A stretch of DNA of 64,000 bases from Thermodesulfobacteriota bacterium. GTDB lineage: Bacteria; Desulfobacterota_D; UBA1144. The translations under genes and the position numbers were made by a program. Where the stretch lies: positions 123,079-187,078 of the forward strand of contig JAYYZJ010000012.1 of the NCBI GenBank assembly GCA_036340075.1. Direction: 5' to 3'. The notes below the pieces were generated by a model, which was not told the origin of the DNA, made no database searches, and saw only the letters and a program-made list of their open reading frames with translations. Of this stretch, positions 10,786-21,100 are shown piece after piece. Every line of letters starts with the position of its first letter. The stretch's first letter is position 1.

Positions 10786-12231
10786 ATGGAAACATATCGT
10801 AATCATATTAAGATAAAGTCAAAAAATTTACGTGTTCTAGTAACAGGAGCCACAGGTTATATTGGTGGGAGGTTGATACCAAGACTCTTGGAGAAGGATA
10901 TTAGAGTTAGAGTGCTTGTAAGAGATCCTGACAAAATTAAAAATAAAGCTTGGTATAAAAATGTTGAAGTATTTAAAGGAGATTTGACAAATCTTGAATC
11001 AATAAAAAATTTATCTGAAGGAATAGACCAAGCATTTTATTTGATACATTCTATGGCACATTCAGAAGACTATATAAGATTAGATAGGTTAGCAGCACTA
11101 AACTTTATTTCTGTTTCAAAAAATATTCAACATGTAATTTACTTGGGAGGAATATCCCCAAAAGATGGTAAAAATATCTCTAATCATTTAAAAAGCCGTA
11201 TTGAAGTAGGAAATCTACTTAGTTCAGCACTTCCTACTACAGAATTTCGTGCTGGACCAATAATAGGGTCAGGCTCAGCTTCTTTTGAAATGCTCAGGCA
11301 TTTATGTGAGAAATTGCCAATTATGATTGCACCTAAGTGGATTCACAATTACGTAAGACCAGTAAGTATAAGAGATGTATTAAAATATCTGGTTTTGGCA
11401 ATTGATAAACTACCGCTTAAGAAAATTGATATTGGAACGGAACCAATGACTTTTAAAGATATGATGCTTCAATATTGCAAATACAGAAATCTAAAAAGAA
11501 TTATAATAACAGTGCCTATACTGGCCCCTGGCTTAGCGGCTAGGTGGGTAGGGCTAGTCACGCCAATTACAAATTTACTTGCAGTTCCTATAGTGAAAGG
11601 AATTGTAAATAATCTTTTAGGAGACACTTCCTTGTCTCGCTCAATGTTCCCCGAGGTCAGTGTGCTTAATTATAAAGACTCTATGAAGTCTGCATTTAAT
11701 AAAACTAAAAGCGAATATGTGGAAACTTCTTGGAATCAACACGATATAAAACCTGGTTACAGTTTCTTTGAACACAAAGGAAGATTCGAAGAGGTTAGGA
11801 TTAACGAAGTAAAATCTACACCTGATAATCTTTTCAAAGTATTTAAGTCGCTAGGCGGTAGTAATGGATGGTTGGCATTTAATCCATTGTGGACTATTAG
11901 AAAAATTATTGACCGTATACTCGGAGGAAAGATGCTCGAAGAACCAAAAAGAGAGAATATTGAAGAAGGTGATTTGTTTGATTGTTTTCAGATAGAAAAA
12001 TACGAAGAAGGGCGGAAAATGCTCATGAAAATAATCTTGAAAACTCCTGGGAATGCATGGTTAAAACTAGAAGCGGTGCCACAAAACGATAAGACTTTTT
12101 TGGTGCTCTCCGCGATTTTCGAACCAAAAGGATTTTGGGGTTATGTATACTGGTATTCGATCTTCCCGCTGCATAAATTAATCTTTGATGAGTTGATAAG
12201 AAAGTTGGTTTTAAAAGCAGAACATACCTAA
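10786..12231 (+). CDS. Atypical SDR/NAD(P)-binding protein with C-terminal DUF2867-like domain (YbjT-like)
   Basis: TGATGYIGG, IIGSGSASFEM and FEPKGFWGYVYWY..PLH..IF motifs. Confidence 0.85.
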   Translation: METYRNHIKIKSKNLRVLVTGATGYIGGRLIPRLLEKDIRVRVLVRDPDKIKNKAWYKNVEVFKGDLTNLESIKNLSEGIDQAFYLIHSMAHSEDYIRLDRLAALNFISVSKNIQHVIYLGGISPKDGKNISNHLKSRIEVGNLLSSALPTTEFRAGPIIGSGSASFEMLRHLCEKLPIMIAPKWIHNYVRPVSIRDVLKYLVLAIDKLPLKKIDIGTEPMTFKDMMLQYCKYRNLKRIIITVPILAPGLAARWVGLVTPITNLLAVPIVKGIVNNLLGDTSLSRSMFPEVSVLNYKDSMKSAFNKTKSEYVETSWNQHDIKPGYSFFEHKGRFEEVRINEVKSTPDNLFKVFKSLGGSNGWLAFNPLWTIRKIIDRILGGKMLEEPKRENIEEGDLFDCFQIEKYEEGRKMLMKIILKTPGNAWLKLEAVPQNDKTFLVLSAIFEPKGFWGYVYWYSIFPLHKLIFDELIRKLVLKAEHT

Positions 12232-12271
12232 ATATTCTAAATCATTGATTTTTATTTTTTTAAAATTTTCC

Positions 12272-12300
12272 TTGACTACTACTATATATAGTGGTTTAAT
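12272..12300 (+). promoter_or_regulatory. Sigma70 promoter of nrdAB
   Basis: TTGACT(12272)-17 bp-TTTAAT(12295); the spacer is occupied by NrdR box 1. Confidence 0.65.
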
Positions 12301-12326
12301 GAGAAAGTAATCACAATATATTGATA
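12279..12326. promoter_or_regulatory. Tandem NrdR boxes
   Basis: CTACTATATATAGTGG (12279) and TCACAATATATTGATA (12311) match the consensus acaCwAtATaTwGtgt, lie 32 bp apart and precede nrdA. Confidence 0.85.
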
Positions 12327-12367
12327 ATTTAGTCTTTTAAAGCAGTTATTTTTGGTGATTATACCTT

Positions 12368-12450
12368 GGGGCGAAGAAGAGTTGAAAATACCCCCTTTTG
12401 CACCCCGTTAGCTCTTCTTTGCCTCTAAAGTGTTAATTCAGATTTGGAGG
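12368..12450 (+). ncRNA. Putative structured cis-regulatory leader RNA of nrdAB
   Basis: 18-bp stem 12368-12385/12408-12425 with 4 G-U pairs; competing anti-SD helix 12422-12429/12443-12450. Confidence 0.55.
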
Positions 12451-12458
12451 AATACACT

Positions 12459-15257
12459 ATGAATCAGATAGATGAAATACTTGTTGTTAAGAGATCCGGA
12501 GATGTAGTAGATTTTGATTCTAAGCGAATACATAATGCAATAACTGCAGCGGTTAAAGCCGGAGAAGAAAACTTTGAAGAGTCCAAAATACAAGAAGTTG
12601 TTGCTTCAATAGAAGATGAAATTTTTTCTAGATTTATAGATTTTTATCCAAACGTCGAAAACATCCAAGATATAGTTGAGAAACATCTTATACGGGCCGA
12701 TATGTTTAATGTTGCTCGTAGATATATTATTTATAGAGCAGAAAGAACAAAAGAACGTGAAGTACTAAAAGAAAAAATTTCTCAGAAAGCTGAATTAGGC
12801 AAATTAAAGATTAGAAAAAAAGATGGTACAACTGTTTTATTTAATCCTCAAAAAGTTAGAAAGACAGCCGCATTAGCGTGTGCAAAATATTCCAATACAA
12901 CATCCCCAGATATCATTGTTAAAGAATTAACAAGAAATATATTCGATGGAGCATCGACATCTGACATAGAAAGAGCTCTGATTCTTTCATCTACTGCTTT
13001 TATTGAAAACGATCCAGACTACGGAAAAGTTTCTGCTAGTTTGTTTCTACAGAGACTATACAAAGAGGCTATGAAAGTGTCTATAAATGAAGATTCAGTC
13101 TATGAAGAATATAAAAGAACTTTTATTGAAGGAATTAAGTTTGGTGTCGAAAATGAATATCTAGACAAAAGACTTCTTGATTTTGATTTGGAGAAATTGA
13201 GTAATTCTTTAGAAGTTGATAGAGATAATCTTTTTCAATTTATTGGTATCCAAACATTATATGAAAGATATCTACTTAAGCATGAAGATATAAGATTTGA
13301 ATTACCTCAATCATTTTGGATGAGAGTAGCAATGGGCGTTTCTATTAACGAGGATGATAAAGAATCGAAAACTTTAGAGTTCTACAATGCTCTCTCAAAA
13401 ATGGAGTTTGTTTCCTCTACCCCAACATTATTTCATTCCGGAACACCACATCCACAACTTAGCTCCTGTTATCTCACAACTGTAAAGGATGATTTATCTC
13501 ATATTTTTAAATGTGTTGGCGATAATGCTCAACTTTCAAAATGGTCAGGAGGCTTAGGAAATGATTGGACAAACATTCGAGCAACTGGATCAAGAATTAA
13601 CAGTACCAATGTCGACAGCCAGGGAGTAATTCCTTTTTTAAAAATCGCAAATGATGTAACCGTTGCTATTAATAGAAGCGGGAAAAGAAGAGGGGCTACG
13701 TGCGCATACTTAGAAACATGGCATTTAGATATAGAAGACTTTCTAGATTTAAGAAGAAACACAGGAGACGATAGACGAAGAACTCATGACATGAATACAG
13801 CAAATTGGATACCAGACTTATTTATGAAAAGGGTGATTGAAGAAAAAGAGTGGACTCTGTTTTCTCCAGAAGAAGTTATAGATCTCCATGATTTACATGG
13901 AAGTAAATTTGAAGAAGCCTATGAAAGATATGAATCTTTAATTGATCAAGGAAAGATTAAGAAATTTAAGAAGATCCATGCACCAGAGCTTTGGAAAAAA
14001 ATGCTAACCAGAATATTCGAAACAGGACATCCTTGGATAACTTTTAAGGATGCTTGCAATGTTAGATCTCCACAAGATCATGTTGGTACTGTACATAGTT
14101 CTAATCTTTGCACTGAAATAACATTAAATACCTCTGCAGACGAAACAGCTGTGTGCAATCTAGGCTCAATCAATCTTGAAAAGCATGTTAATGAGGACAA
14201 AAAGTTAGATAGAGAATTATTAGAAAAAACCGTTAAAACTGCCATTAGAATGCTTGATAATGTAATTGATTTGAATTTTTACCCAACAATAGAGGCAAAA
14301 AATTCAAATTTCAAACATAGACCAATAGGACTAGGAATAATGGGTTTGCAAGACGCATTATTTAAAATAGATTTACCCTTTGAATCCCCCAAATCTCTTA
14401 ACTTCTCAGATCAACTCCTTGAGTTCATTTCATATAACGCTATTCTTGCATCTTCTAATTTATCAAAAGAGCGGGGTTCTTATGAATCATTTAAAGGATC
14501 AAAATGGGATAGAGGCATTTTCCCACTAGATACGCTTTCATTATTAGAGGAAGAAAGAAAAGATACAATTGAAATAAATAAGATTACTTCTCTCGACTGG
14601 AACAAACTTAAAAAGCAAGTGAAGAAACATGGAATGAGAAATTCTAACACAATGGCAATTGCTCCTACAGCAACAATATCGAATATAGCCGGTTGTTTTC
14701 CTTGTATAGAGCCAATTTACAAAAATATATATGTAAAATCTAACATTAGTGGAGAGTTTACAGTTGTGAATTCATATTTAGTTGATGACCTAAAGAAACT
14801 AAACCTCTGGTCTCAAGATATGTTAGAGAAAATAAAGTACTTTGATGGCAATCTTGATCAGATAGAAGAAATACCTGAAAATTTAAAAGATAAATACAAA
14901 GAGGCTTTTTCAATAGATCCAATCACTTTACTGAAACATACTGCAGTTAGAGGTAAATGGATTGATCAGAGCCAGTCTCATAATATTTTCATGCAAGGAG
15001 TTTCAGGAAAACTTCTTAGTGAAATTTATATTAATGCATGGAAGCTGGGATTGAAGACAACTTATTATTTACGAACATTAGCAGCTACACAAATTGAAAA
15101 ATCTACCTTGGATGCAAATAAGTATGGTTATACTCAAAAAAGAGAATATAAAAAGATTGAAGACAAAACAGAAGAAGATACAGTAAAAGAAGAAAAATCA
15201 GCAAATGATGTAACAGTCTGCAGCTTGATGGATCCAGACTGTGAAGCATGTCAATAA
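12459..15257 (+). CDS. nrdA: Ribonucleoside-diphosphate reductase alpha subunit with two N-terminal ATP-cones
   Basis: Two cones (VVKRSG, IRKKDG); SSCYL, SNLCTEI, AVCNL, TTYYLR and C-terminal CEACQ; ATG at 12459 follows GGAGG. Confidence 0.96.
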   Translation: MNQIDEILVVKRSGDVVDFDSKRIHNAITAAVKAGEENFEESKIQEVVASIEDEIFSRFIDFYPNVENIQDIVEKHLIRADMFNVARRYIIYRAERTKEREVLKEKISQKAELGKLKIRKKDGTTVLFNPQKVRKTAALACAKYSNTTSPDIIVKELTRNIFDGASTSDIERALILSSTAFIENDPDYGKVSASLFLQRLYKEAMKVSINEDSVYEEYKRTFIEGIKFGVENEYLDKRLLDFDLEKLSNSLEVDRDNLFQFIGIQTLYERYLLKHEDIRFELPQSFWMRVAMGVSINEDDKESKTLEFYNALSKMEFVSSTPTLFHSGTPHPQLSSCYLTTVKDDLSHIFKCVGDNAQLSKWSGGLGNDWTNIRATGSRINSTNVDSQGVIPFLKIANDVTVAINRSGKRRGATCAYLETWHLDIEDFLDLRRNTGDDRRRTHDMNTANWIPDLFMKRVIEEKEWTLFSPEEVIDLHDLHGSKFEEAYERYESLIDQGKIKKFKKIHAPELWKKMLTRIFETGHPWITFKDACNVRSPQDHVGTVHSSNLCTEITLNTSADETAVCNLGSINLEKHVNEDKKLDRELLEKTVKTAIRMLDNVIDLNFYPTIEAKNSNFKHRPIGLGIMGLQDALFKIDLPFESPKSLNFSDQLLEFISYNAILASSNLSKERGSYESFKGSKWDRGIFPLDTLSLLEEERKDTIEINKITSLDWNKLKKQVKKHGMRNSNTMAIAPTATISNIAGCFPCIEPIYKNIYVKSNISGEFTVVNSYLVDDLKKLNLWSQDMLEKIKYFDGNLDQIEEIPENLKDKYKEAFSIDPITLLKHTAVRGKWIDQSQSHNIFMQGVSGKLLSEIYINAWKLGLKTTYYLRTLAATQIEKSTLDANKYGYTQKREYKKIEDKTEEDTVKEEKSANDVTVCSLMDPDCEACQ

Positions 15258-15272
15258 TAAGGAGAAAAGACT

Positions 15273-16271
15273 ATGTCTATTTTAAGTAATGATTCAAAAA
15301 CAGATCCTAACAAAATCTTGCCAATGACCTATATGTGGGCCAGAGAGCATTATAAAAATGGTGTTGCAAACAACTGGACCCCAGAAGAAATTTCTATGCA
15401 AAAAGATGTTGAACAGTGGAAATCAAAAGAGGTTTTGTCAGAGACGGAAAGAAGAATGATTCTATGGAACCTAGGATTCTTTTCCACTGCAGAGTCTCTT
15501 ACTGCCAACAATATTGTTTTGACTGTGTACAAACATGTTACAAATCCAGAAGCGCGACAGTATTTGCTTAGACAAGCATATGAAGAAGCTGTACATACTG
15601 ATACTTTTATTTATTGTTGCGATAGTTTAGGTCTTGATCCTGATTATATTTACAACATGTATGAAACTATACCTTCGATAAAAGAGAAAGATGATTTTGT
15701 AGTAAGTCTAACAAAATCGATTATGGATCCAAATTTTGAAATAAAATCAAATGAAGATATCCAAAAATACTTGCATGATATCGTAGGGTATTACGTAATA
15801 ATGGAAGGAATATTCTTTTATGCTGGATTCGCAATGATGTTAGCACTAAAAAGACAGAATAAAATGATTGGCATAGGAGAACAGTTTGAATATATAATGA
15901 GAGACGAAAGCATTCATCTAGCTTTTGGATGCGATTTGATTAATACCATAAAGGAAGAAAATCCAGTGATTTGGACTGAAGATTTCAAAAAGAAAATTTC
16001 TGATTTAATTGTTAAGGCTGTGGATTTTGAAAAACAATATGCGTATGATGCTTGCCCTGAAGGTTTACTTGGCATTAACCCAGATCAATTTTCTCAATAT
16101 GTTGAATATATTGCTGATAGACGACTCGAGCGTATAGATTTACCAAGAGTTTATGATACAGAAAACCCGTTCCCTTGGATGTCTCAAGCTGTTGATTTAT
16201 CTAAGGAAAAGAACTTCTTCGAAACTAGAGTAACAGAGTATCAAACTGCCGGTTCTCTAGAATGGGACTAG
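15273..16271 (+). CDS. nrdB: Ribonucleotide reductase beta subunit, class Ic (R2c, Mn/Fe) type
   Basis: TAESL (Glu74), EEAVHTDTF (Phe112 at the Tyr-radical site), MEGIFFY, RDESIH and EKNFFETRV..Y. Confidence 0.93.
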   Translation: MSILSNDSKTDPNKILPMTYMWAREHYKNGVANNWTPEEISMQKDVEQWKSKEVLSETERRMILWNLGFFSTAESLTANNIVLTVYKHVTNPEARQYLLRQAYEEAVHTDTFIYCCDSLGLDPDYIYNMYETIPSIKEKDDFVVSLTKSIMDPNFEIKSNEDIQKYLHDIVGYYVIMEGIFFYAGFAMMLALKRQNKMIGIGEQFEYIMRDESIHLAFGCDLINTIKEENPVIWTEDFKKKISDLIVKAVDFEKQYAYDACPEGLLGINPDQFSQYVEYIADRRLERIDLPRVYDTENPFPWMSQAVDLSKEKNFFETRVTEYQTAGSLEWD

Positions 16272-16296
16272 AAGTTCACTAATCTATCCAGCTAAG

Positions 16297-17604
16297 CTAT
16301 TTTTTAAAAGGATCTTCAATCTCAGGATGCCAATTTGCAAAATGGTTTTTGTGAGCTTCTGTATAAGCCCCTTTTGGATAAAATTTGTCATAGAAATCCA
16401 AATCAATATGATGATTCTGAACCATCATTCTACAATACATAGCATCTGAGAATGCTGGAAATCTTCCGTAAGTTTCATATAAATAAGTGCAAATATCTTT
16501 AACTATTTCTATTTCTTTTTTTGAAGGTCTAGGAGTATCTTTTAAAACCCCAGTAGGATCTTTATAAGGCATAAATTTTTCTTCCCAATTTGACCATTTC
16601 ATATCATTAAAAGCTTCAACGGCTTCATTCATATTAGAATAGTATGGAGGTGAATAAGCTTCAAAAAGCTTGTCTAGCCCTACAGGAGCTTTCGATACAG
16701 CTTCACCCCAATCTTGATCATTAGCTTCAATACATGTAAATCCTAATCCTTTATAATTGTCATCTGCTCCTAACATATAACGACTCTGAAATCCGCTAAA
16801 CATCCAACCACCAAGCCCCAATATTTGTTGAGTGAGTGCTACATTTTGACAAAACATTGGTTGTTCAGCTATATAGCCGTTTGCGAATCTGAGCTCAGCT
16901 TCGATTAGAGGTACAGGCTTACTTGTATCAATATAGCCATCATTGATCCATTTCTGTGTACCAGCTGGCTGCATTTTTTTTAATTCATCAATAAAATGAA
17001 ATCTATGACCATCACGCATATAGAAGAATAGGATATTAATTAAACCCGCACTTAAATCAGTTACAGGCATCATGAGTGTTGTTCCAGGCTTATTTACGCT
17101 CCACGTATTATGAATAGCGAGACCAGGAGGTACAGGAGGCAGATCTGCCCTTCCATCGTGAATTTTAATCCTTGATGCTTTAAATAATTCAATAATTTTT
17201 TCGATTTTTTTCTCTCTAGTAAGACCTTCTATCCCTTTCAGGTCCGAGGGAAGTTGATCGTGTAACTTAACTAGGTAAAGACCATCGTCATTTGTATAAA
17301 AAAGTTCTGTTCTATGAATATCACCTAAGGAAGCAATAGTTTTGCTCATAAATTTAACTTCTAGGTCAAGACCTTTATGAGGGGGAAAATCAGAAAGATT
17401 TATATTTTTAATACCTAAGCCATTCCAAACAAGTATCGCTTCTTCAATTTCACTCAAAGGGATGGGCTTATGAGATGATTTAAATTTTAAAGGACCTTCG
17501 TCTATCTCTCCACCCATGGCAAATCTTCTAGATCTTCTTTCATATAGCGCGTCTAAAAATGTATAACCTACAGCTTGATTAACACCGGGCGGAAACTTTG
17601 ACAT
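16297..17604 (-). CDS. Uncharacterised 435-aa protein, possibly nitroreductase/FMN-binding fold
   Basis: Long ORF; N-terminal L..RRSRRF and later QNVALTQQILGLGGW resemble nitroreductase motifs. Confidence 0.6.
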   Translation of the reverse strand: MSKFPPGVNQAVGYTFLDALYERRSRRFAMGGEIDEGPLKFKSSHKPIPLSEIEEAILVWNGLGIKNINLSDFPPHKGLDLEVKFMSKTIASLGDIHRTELFYTNDDGLYLVKLHDQLPSDLKGIEGLTREKKIEKIIELFKASRIKIHDGRADLPPVPPGLAIHNTWSVNKPGTTLMMPVTDLSAGLINILFFYMRDGHRFHFIDELKKMQPAGTQKWINDGYIDTSKPVPLIEAELRFANGYIAEQPMFCQNVALTQQILGLGGWMFSGFQSRYMLGADDNYKGLGFTCIEANDQDWGEAVSKAPVGLDKLFEAYSPPYYSNMNEAVEAFNDMKWSNWEEKFMPYKDPTGVLKDTPRPSKKEIEIVKDICTYLYETYGRFPAFSDAMYCRMMVQNHHIDLDFYDKFYPKGAYTEAHKNHFANWHPEIEDPFKK

Positions 17605-17649
17605 ATCTTTATTTTAACTCAAAATAATCATTGCATATAAAAAGTTTTT

Positions 17650-18180
17650 ATGAAAAATTTGCTACTAGATTTATTAAAAAAAGAATCAATCCTAAAGGGA
17701 GAATTTGTACTGTCATCAGGAGAAAAGAGTGATTACTATATTGATGCTAGGATTAGCACTCTTTCTTCTGTTTCTTTAGGCTATATTGCAGATATTTTTT
17801 ACAACCAAATCTTAGATTGTAATCTAAATATAGTAGGAGGCCCTTCGATAGGTGCTGACCCAATAGTAGGTGCAATTCTACAAAAAGCATCATTAGATCA
17901 TAATTCCTTCAAAGGATTTCTTGTGAGATCCAGCGATAAAGAACATGGTACAAAGAAAAGAATCGAAGGACCAGACATATCAAACCAGAAAGTTGTAATA
18001 GTGGAAGATGTAGTTTCCACTGGTGGATCTATATTGAGAACGATAGATCATTTAGAAGAAATTAATTGCGAGGTTGTATTAATACTATCTATAGTTGATA
18101 GAGAAATGGGAGCGATTGAGAAGTTCCTAAAAAAGGAAATAGATTACAATCCTATATTTAAAATTTCAGAATTACTTTAG
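17650..18180 (+). CDS. pyrE: Orotate phosphoribosyltransferase
   Basis: GEFVLSSG..SDYYID, KEHG and VEDVVSTGGS motifs. Confidence 0.95.
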   Translation: MKNLLLDLLKKESILKGEFVLSSGEKSDYYIDARISTLSSVSLGYIADIFYNQILDCNLNIVGGPSIGADPIVGAILQKASLDHNSFKGFLVRSSDKEHGTKKRIEGPDISNQKVVIVEDVVSTGGSILRTIDHLEEINCEVVLILSIVDREMGAIEKFLKKEIDYNPIFKISELL

Positions 18181-21100
18181 GTTCGTATACCAGAAAATCT
18201 TTTCTTAAAATCAACAAAAGCTAGATAAAGGGATGGTATGAGAACAAGAGTAATTAAAGTTGCGAAGGCTAGGCCAACACCTAGAGAGATTGCCATTGGA
18301 GCCAAGTAAGCAGCCTCTCCTCTAGTTTGAAACATTAATGTTGCTAAGCCTCCAAATGTCGTTAGTGTAGTTAAAATTATTGCTCTAAATCTATTTTTTG
18401 CTGAATAAAATACTGAGAAGCCGAATCCATTTTTACTTGCGCTTTTATTAATGAAATTCATCAATATTAAACTATCATTAACAACTACGCCAAGAAGAGC
18501 GACTACTCCTATCAAACCTGTTATAGATATAGGATCACCACGTAACAATATTCCTACTGTTACTCCAATGATTGTAAAAGGGAGCACAGACATTATTAGT
18601 ATCGGTTGAATGTAAGATCTTAGAATAGTAGCTAGTATCAAGTAGATTAACAAAATAGAAATTATAGATGCTCTCTTTACGCTTTCCAGTGATTCTCTAG
18701 TGTCTTGTTCTTCACCTGCTAGGACAAGTTTGTAGTCAGGATAATTATTGTCTATTGTTTTGTAGAATTTTAATGCGCTATTAATTACTTCTCTTGGTGT
18801 AGTAATATCTTCATCAATCTCTGCAGTAACACTTGCAGCTCTTTGTCTATTGTATCTAGAAATTCCTAATAGATTGGAGCTTATCTCAGCTTTGGAAAAA
18901 TTCGAAATAGGTACGAATTCTCCTCTAGAATTAACAACTAGATGGTTTGAAATATTTTCAATAGATTGTTTTTCCCACTGGTTTTCTATTTTTAATTTTA
19001 TTTTTGCTTCTTCATCATTTACACGTGTGTTATCTATCTCAATTCCATCAATCAACAATCTTATTTCTTTCCCTACCGTTCTTGTATCTACTCCATACAT
19101 TGCTGCTTTTTGTTCATCAATTTTCAAACTTAATCTAGGTTTTCCAAAAGTTAGATTGTCGCTTACACCATAAACACCTTTTTTTGATCTAAGGAAAGCT
19201 TTTAGTTCTTTGCTGATTTCATTTAATATTAGTGTGTCATCACCTATGATCCTTATATCAAGATCCTTACCTTTTGGTGGCCCAGTAGTTTGTACAAATT
19301 CTATACTTGCAGGGCCGACAATCTCTTCACCAACAATCTTCTGAATCTTTTTCATAGACTCTAATCCATTTGTATCTCTTTCTTCAAAGTCATGAAATTG
19401 AACTAATACATTAGATATGTGGTCTCCATATTGAGGAGGTTTTTTGGAGAAATCTACGCCCAAAGTAGTCAAATAATTCTTTAATAATTTTGGAGAAGTA
19501 TTCCTTTTTACAATTTCTTCAACTTGAGATGCTTTCTCGGCAGTTAAATTTAGGCTGTAATTTGATGAATTTTGAATTTTTATTAAGTATTGATTGATAT
19601 CTGATGAATACAAAAGAACAAAGGGAATCTTTAATAGTATAAAAGTGGTTAATAATAGCAATCCAAAAGAAAGCGCTAGGACTTTATATTTCATTCTTAG
19701 GCAAGCTATTAGAATTCTTAAATATTTCCTTCTTAACTTTTCGAACTGTTGTACAAAAAATCCCGTATCCTTAGTCACTCTTACAAAATCTGCACAATGA
19801 GATGGTAATATTGTTAATGCTTCTACCAAGGAAAAAACTAAAGCAAATATTGCAACCTGAGGAATTATCGATAGAAAAATCCCTAATGTACCCTCTGCAA
19901 GAAGAATGGGAAACAATGAGGCAATATTTGTCATTATTGTAGCAATAACTGGCCATGCTACTTCCTTGGCACCTTTTGAAGCTGCCTCTTTGGGTGGGAG
20001 GCCCTTTTGAATATATCTTTTAACATTTTCTACTACTATAATTGCATCATCAACAACTATCCCCAGAACCATTATTAAGCCAAACATTGTGATTACGTTT
20101 AAAGATTCGCCAGTGTACTGCATAAGAATAAAAGCTCCAAAAAAGGCAACAGGAAGCCCTAGTGCAGCAAGAAACGCAGATCTATAATCAAGAAACATTG
20201 ATAGTATTAACAAGACTGCGATGATTCCATAAATTCCAGTCTTAACCATTGAATCAAAACGTCCTTTAACCCAATAAGAGGAGTCGTTAGAAACAAAAAC
20301 CTCTATACCATCAGGGAGTGTTTTCTTGAAGTTTTTAATAACATCTTTTATTTTTTCTACTGTTTCTATTGCATCCTTATTCTTTTGTTTTTCTATCCAA
20401 AAAGATATTGAGGCAAAACCATTAATTCTTGATAGTGTCATATCTTCTTCTTGGCCAAGCTCAATTCTTGCAATATCTTTTAGTATCATAGGCATTTTAT
20501 TAATTTTTTTATTTAATGGGATACCTTCTAATTCATAAATACTTTCAATTTTACCTTTGGTCCTAATTGTATATTCTTGATTACCAAGCTCTAAGGCACC
20601 CGCAGGAAGATCTATATTTCTCGATTTTATAGAATCGATTACTTCATTTATATTTATGTTGTATTGGAGTAATTTTTTCTGATCAATATAAATCCAAAAA
20701 ACCAATTCTCCATATCCAGACTCTATTAAGCTTTCAATAGAACCTAATCTTTCAAGCTTGTCTTTTAAGCGCTTTGCGTAAAACCTCAATTCATTCTTGT
20801 CGCCATTGCTTCCTATAGAAACATTAATTAAGGGAGCACTACCTTTTACATCTTTTATTATTGGATCATCTATATCATCAGGTAAGTCATTTTTAATTTG
20901 TGAAATTTCAGACCTTATTTCTTGAGCTATTTCTTCAGTGTCTTCATCTGCAAATAGTTCTGCAATAATAAATGAACGAGATTCAGATGATTGAGACTTT
21001 ATATTTTTTATTCCAGAAATGCTAGAGATTTTATCTTCAATGGGAATGGTAATTAATTTTTCCACATCTTCTGCCGTGGAGTTTTCATGTATTGTCAATA

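Noticed and set aside
12330..12450. Cobalamin riboswitch before nrdAB
   Set aside because: No B12-box or GCCACTG-type conserved elements seen, and the structured region is short; reported instead as an unknown leader.
12444..12458. TTG start for nrdA
   Set aside because: It overlaps the GGAGG SD; the ATG at 12459 is correctly spaced.
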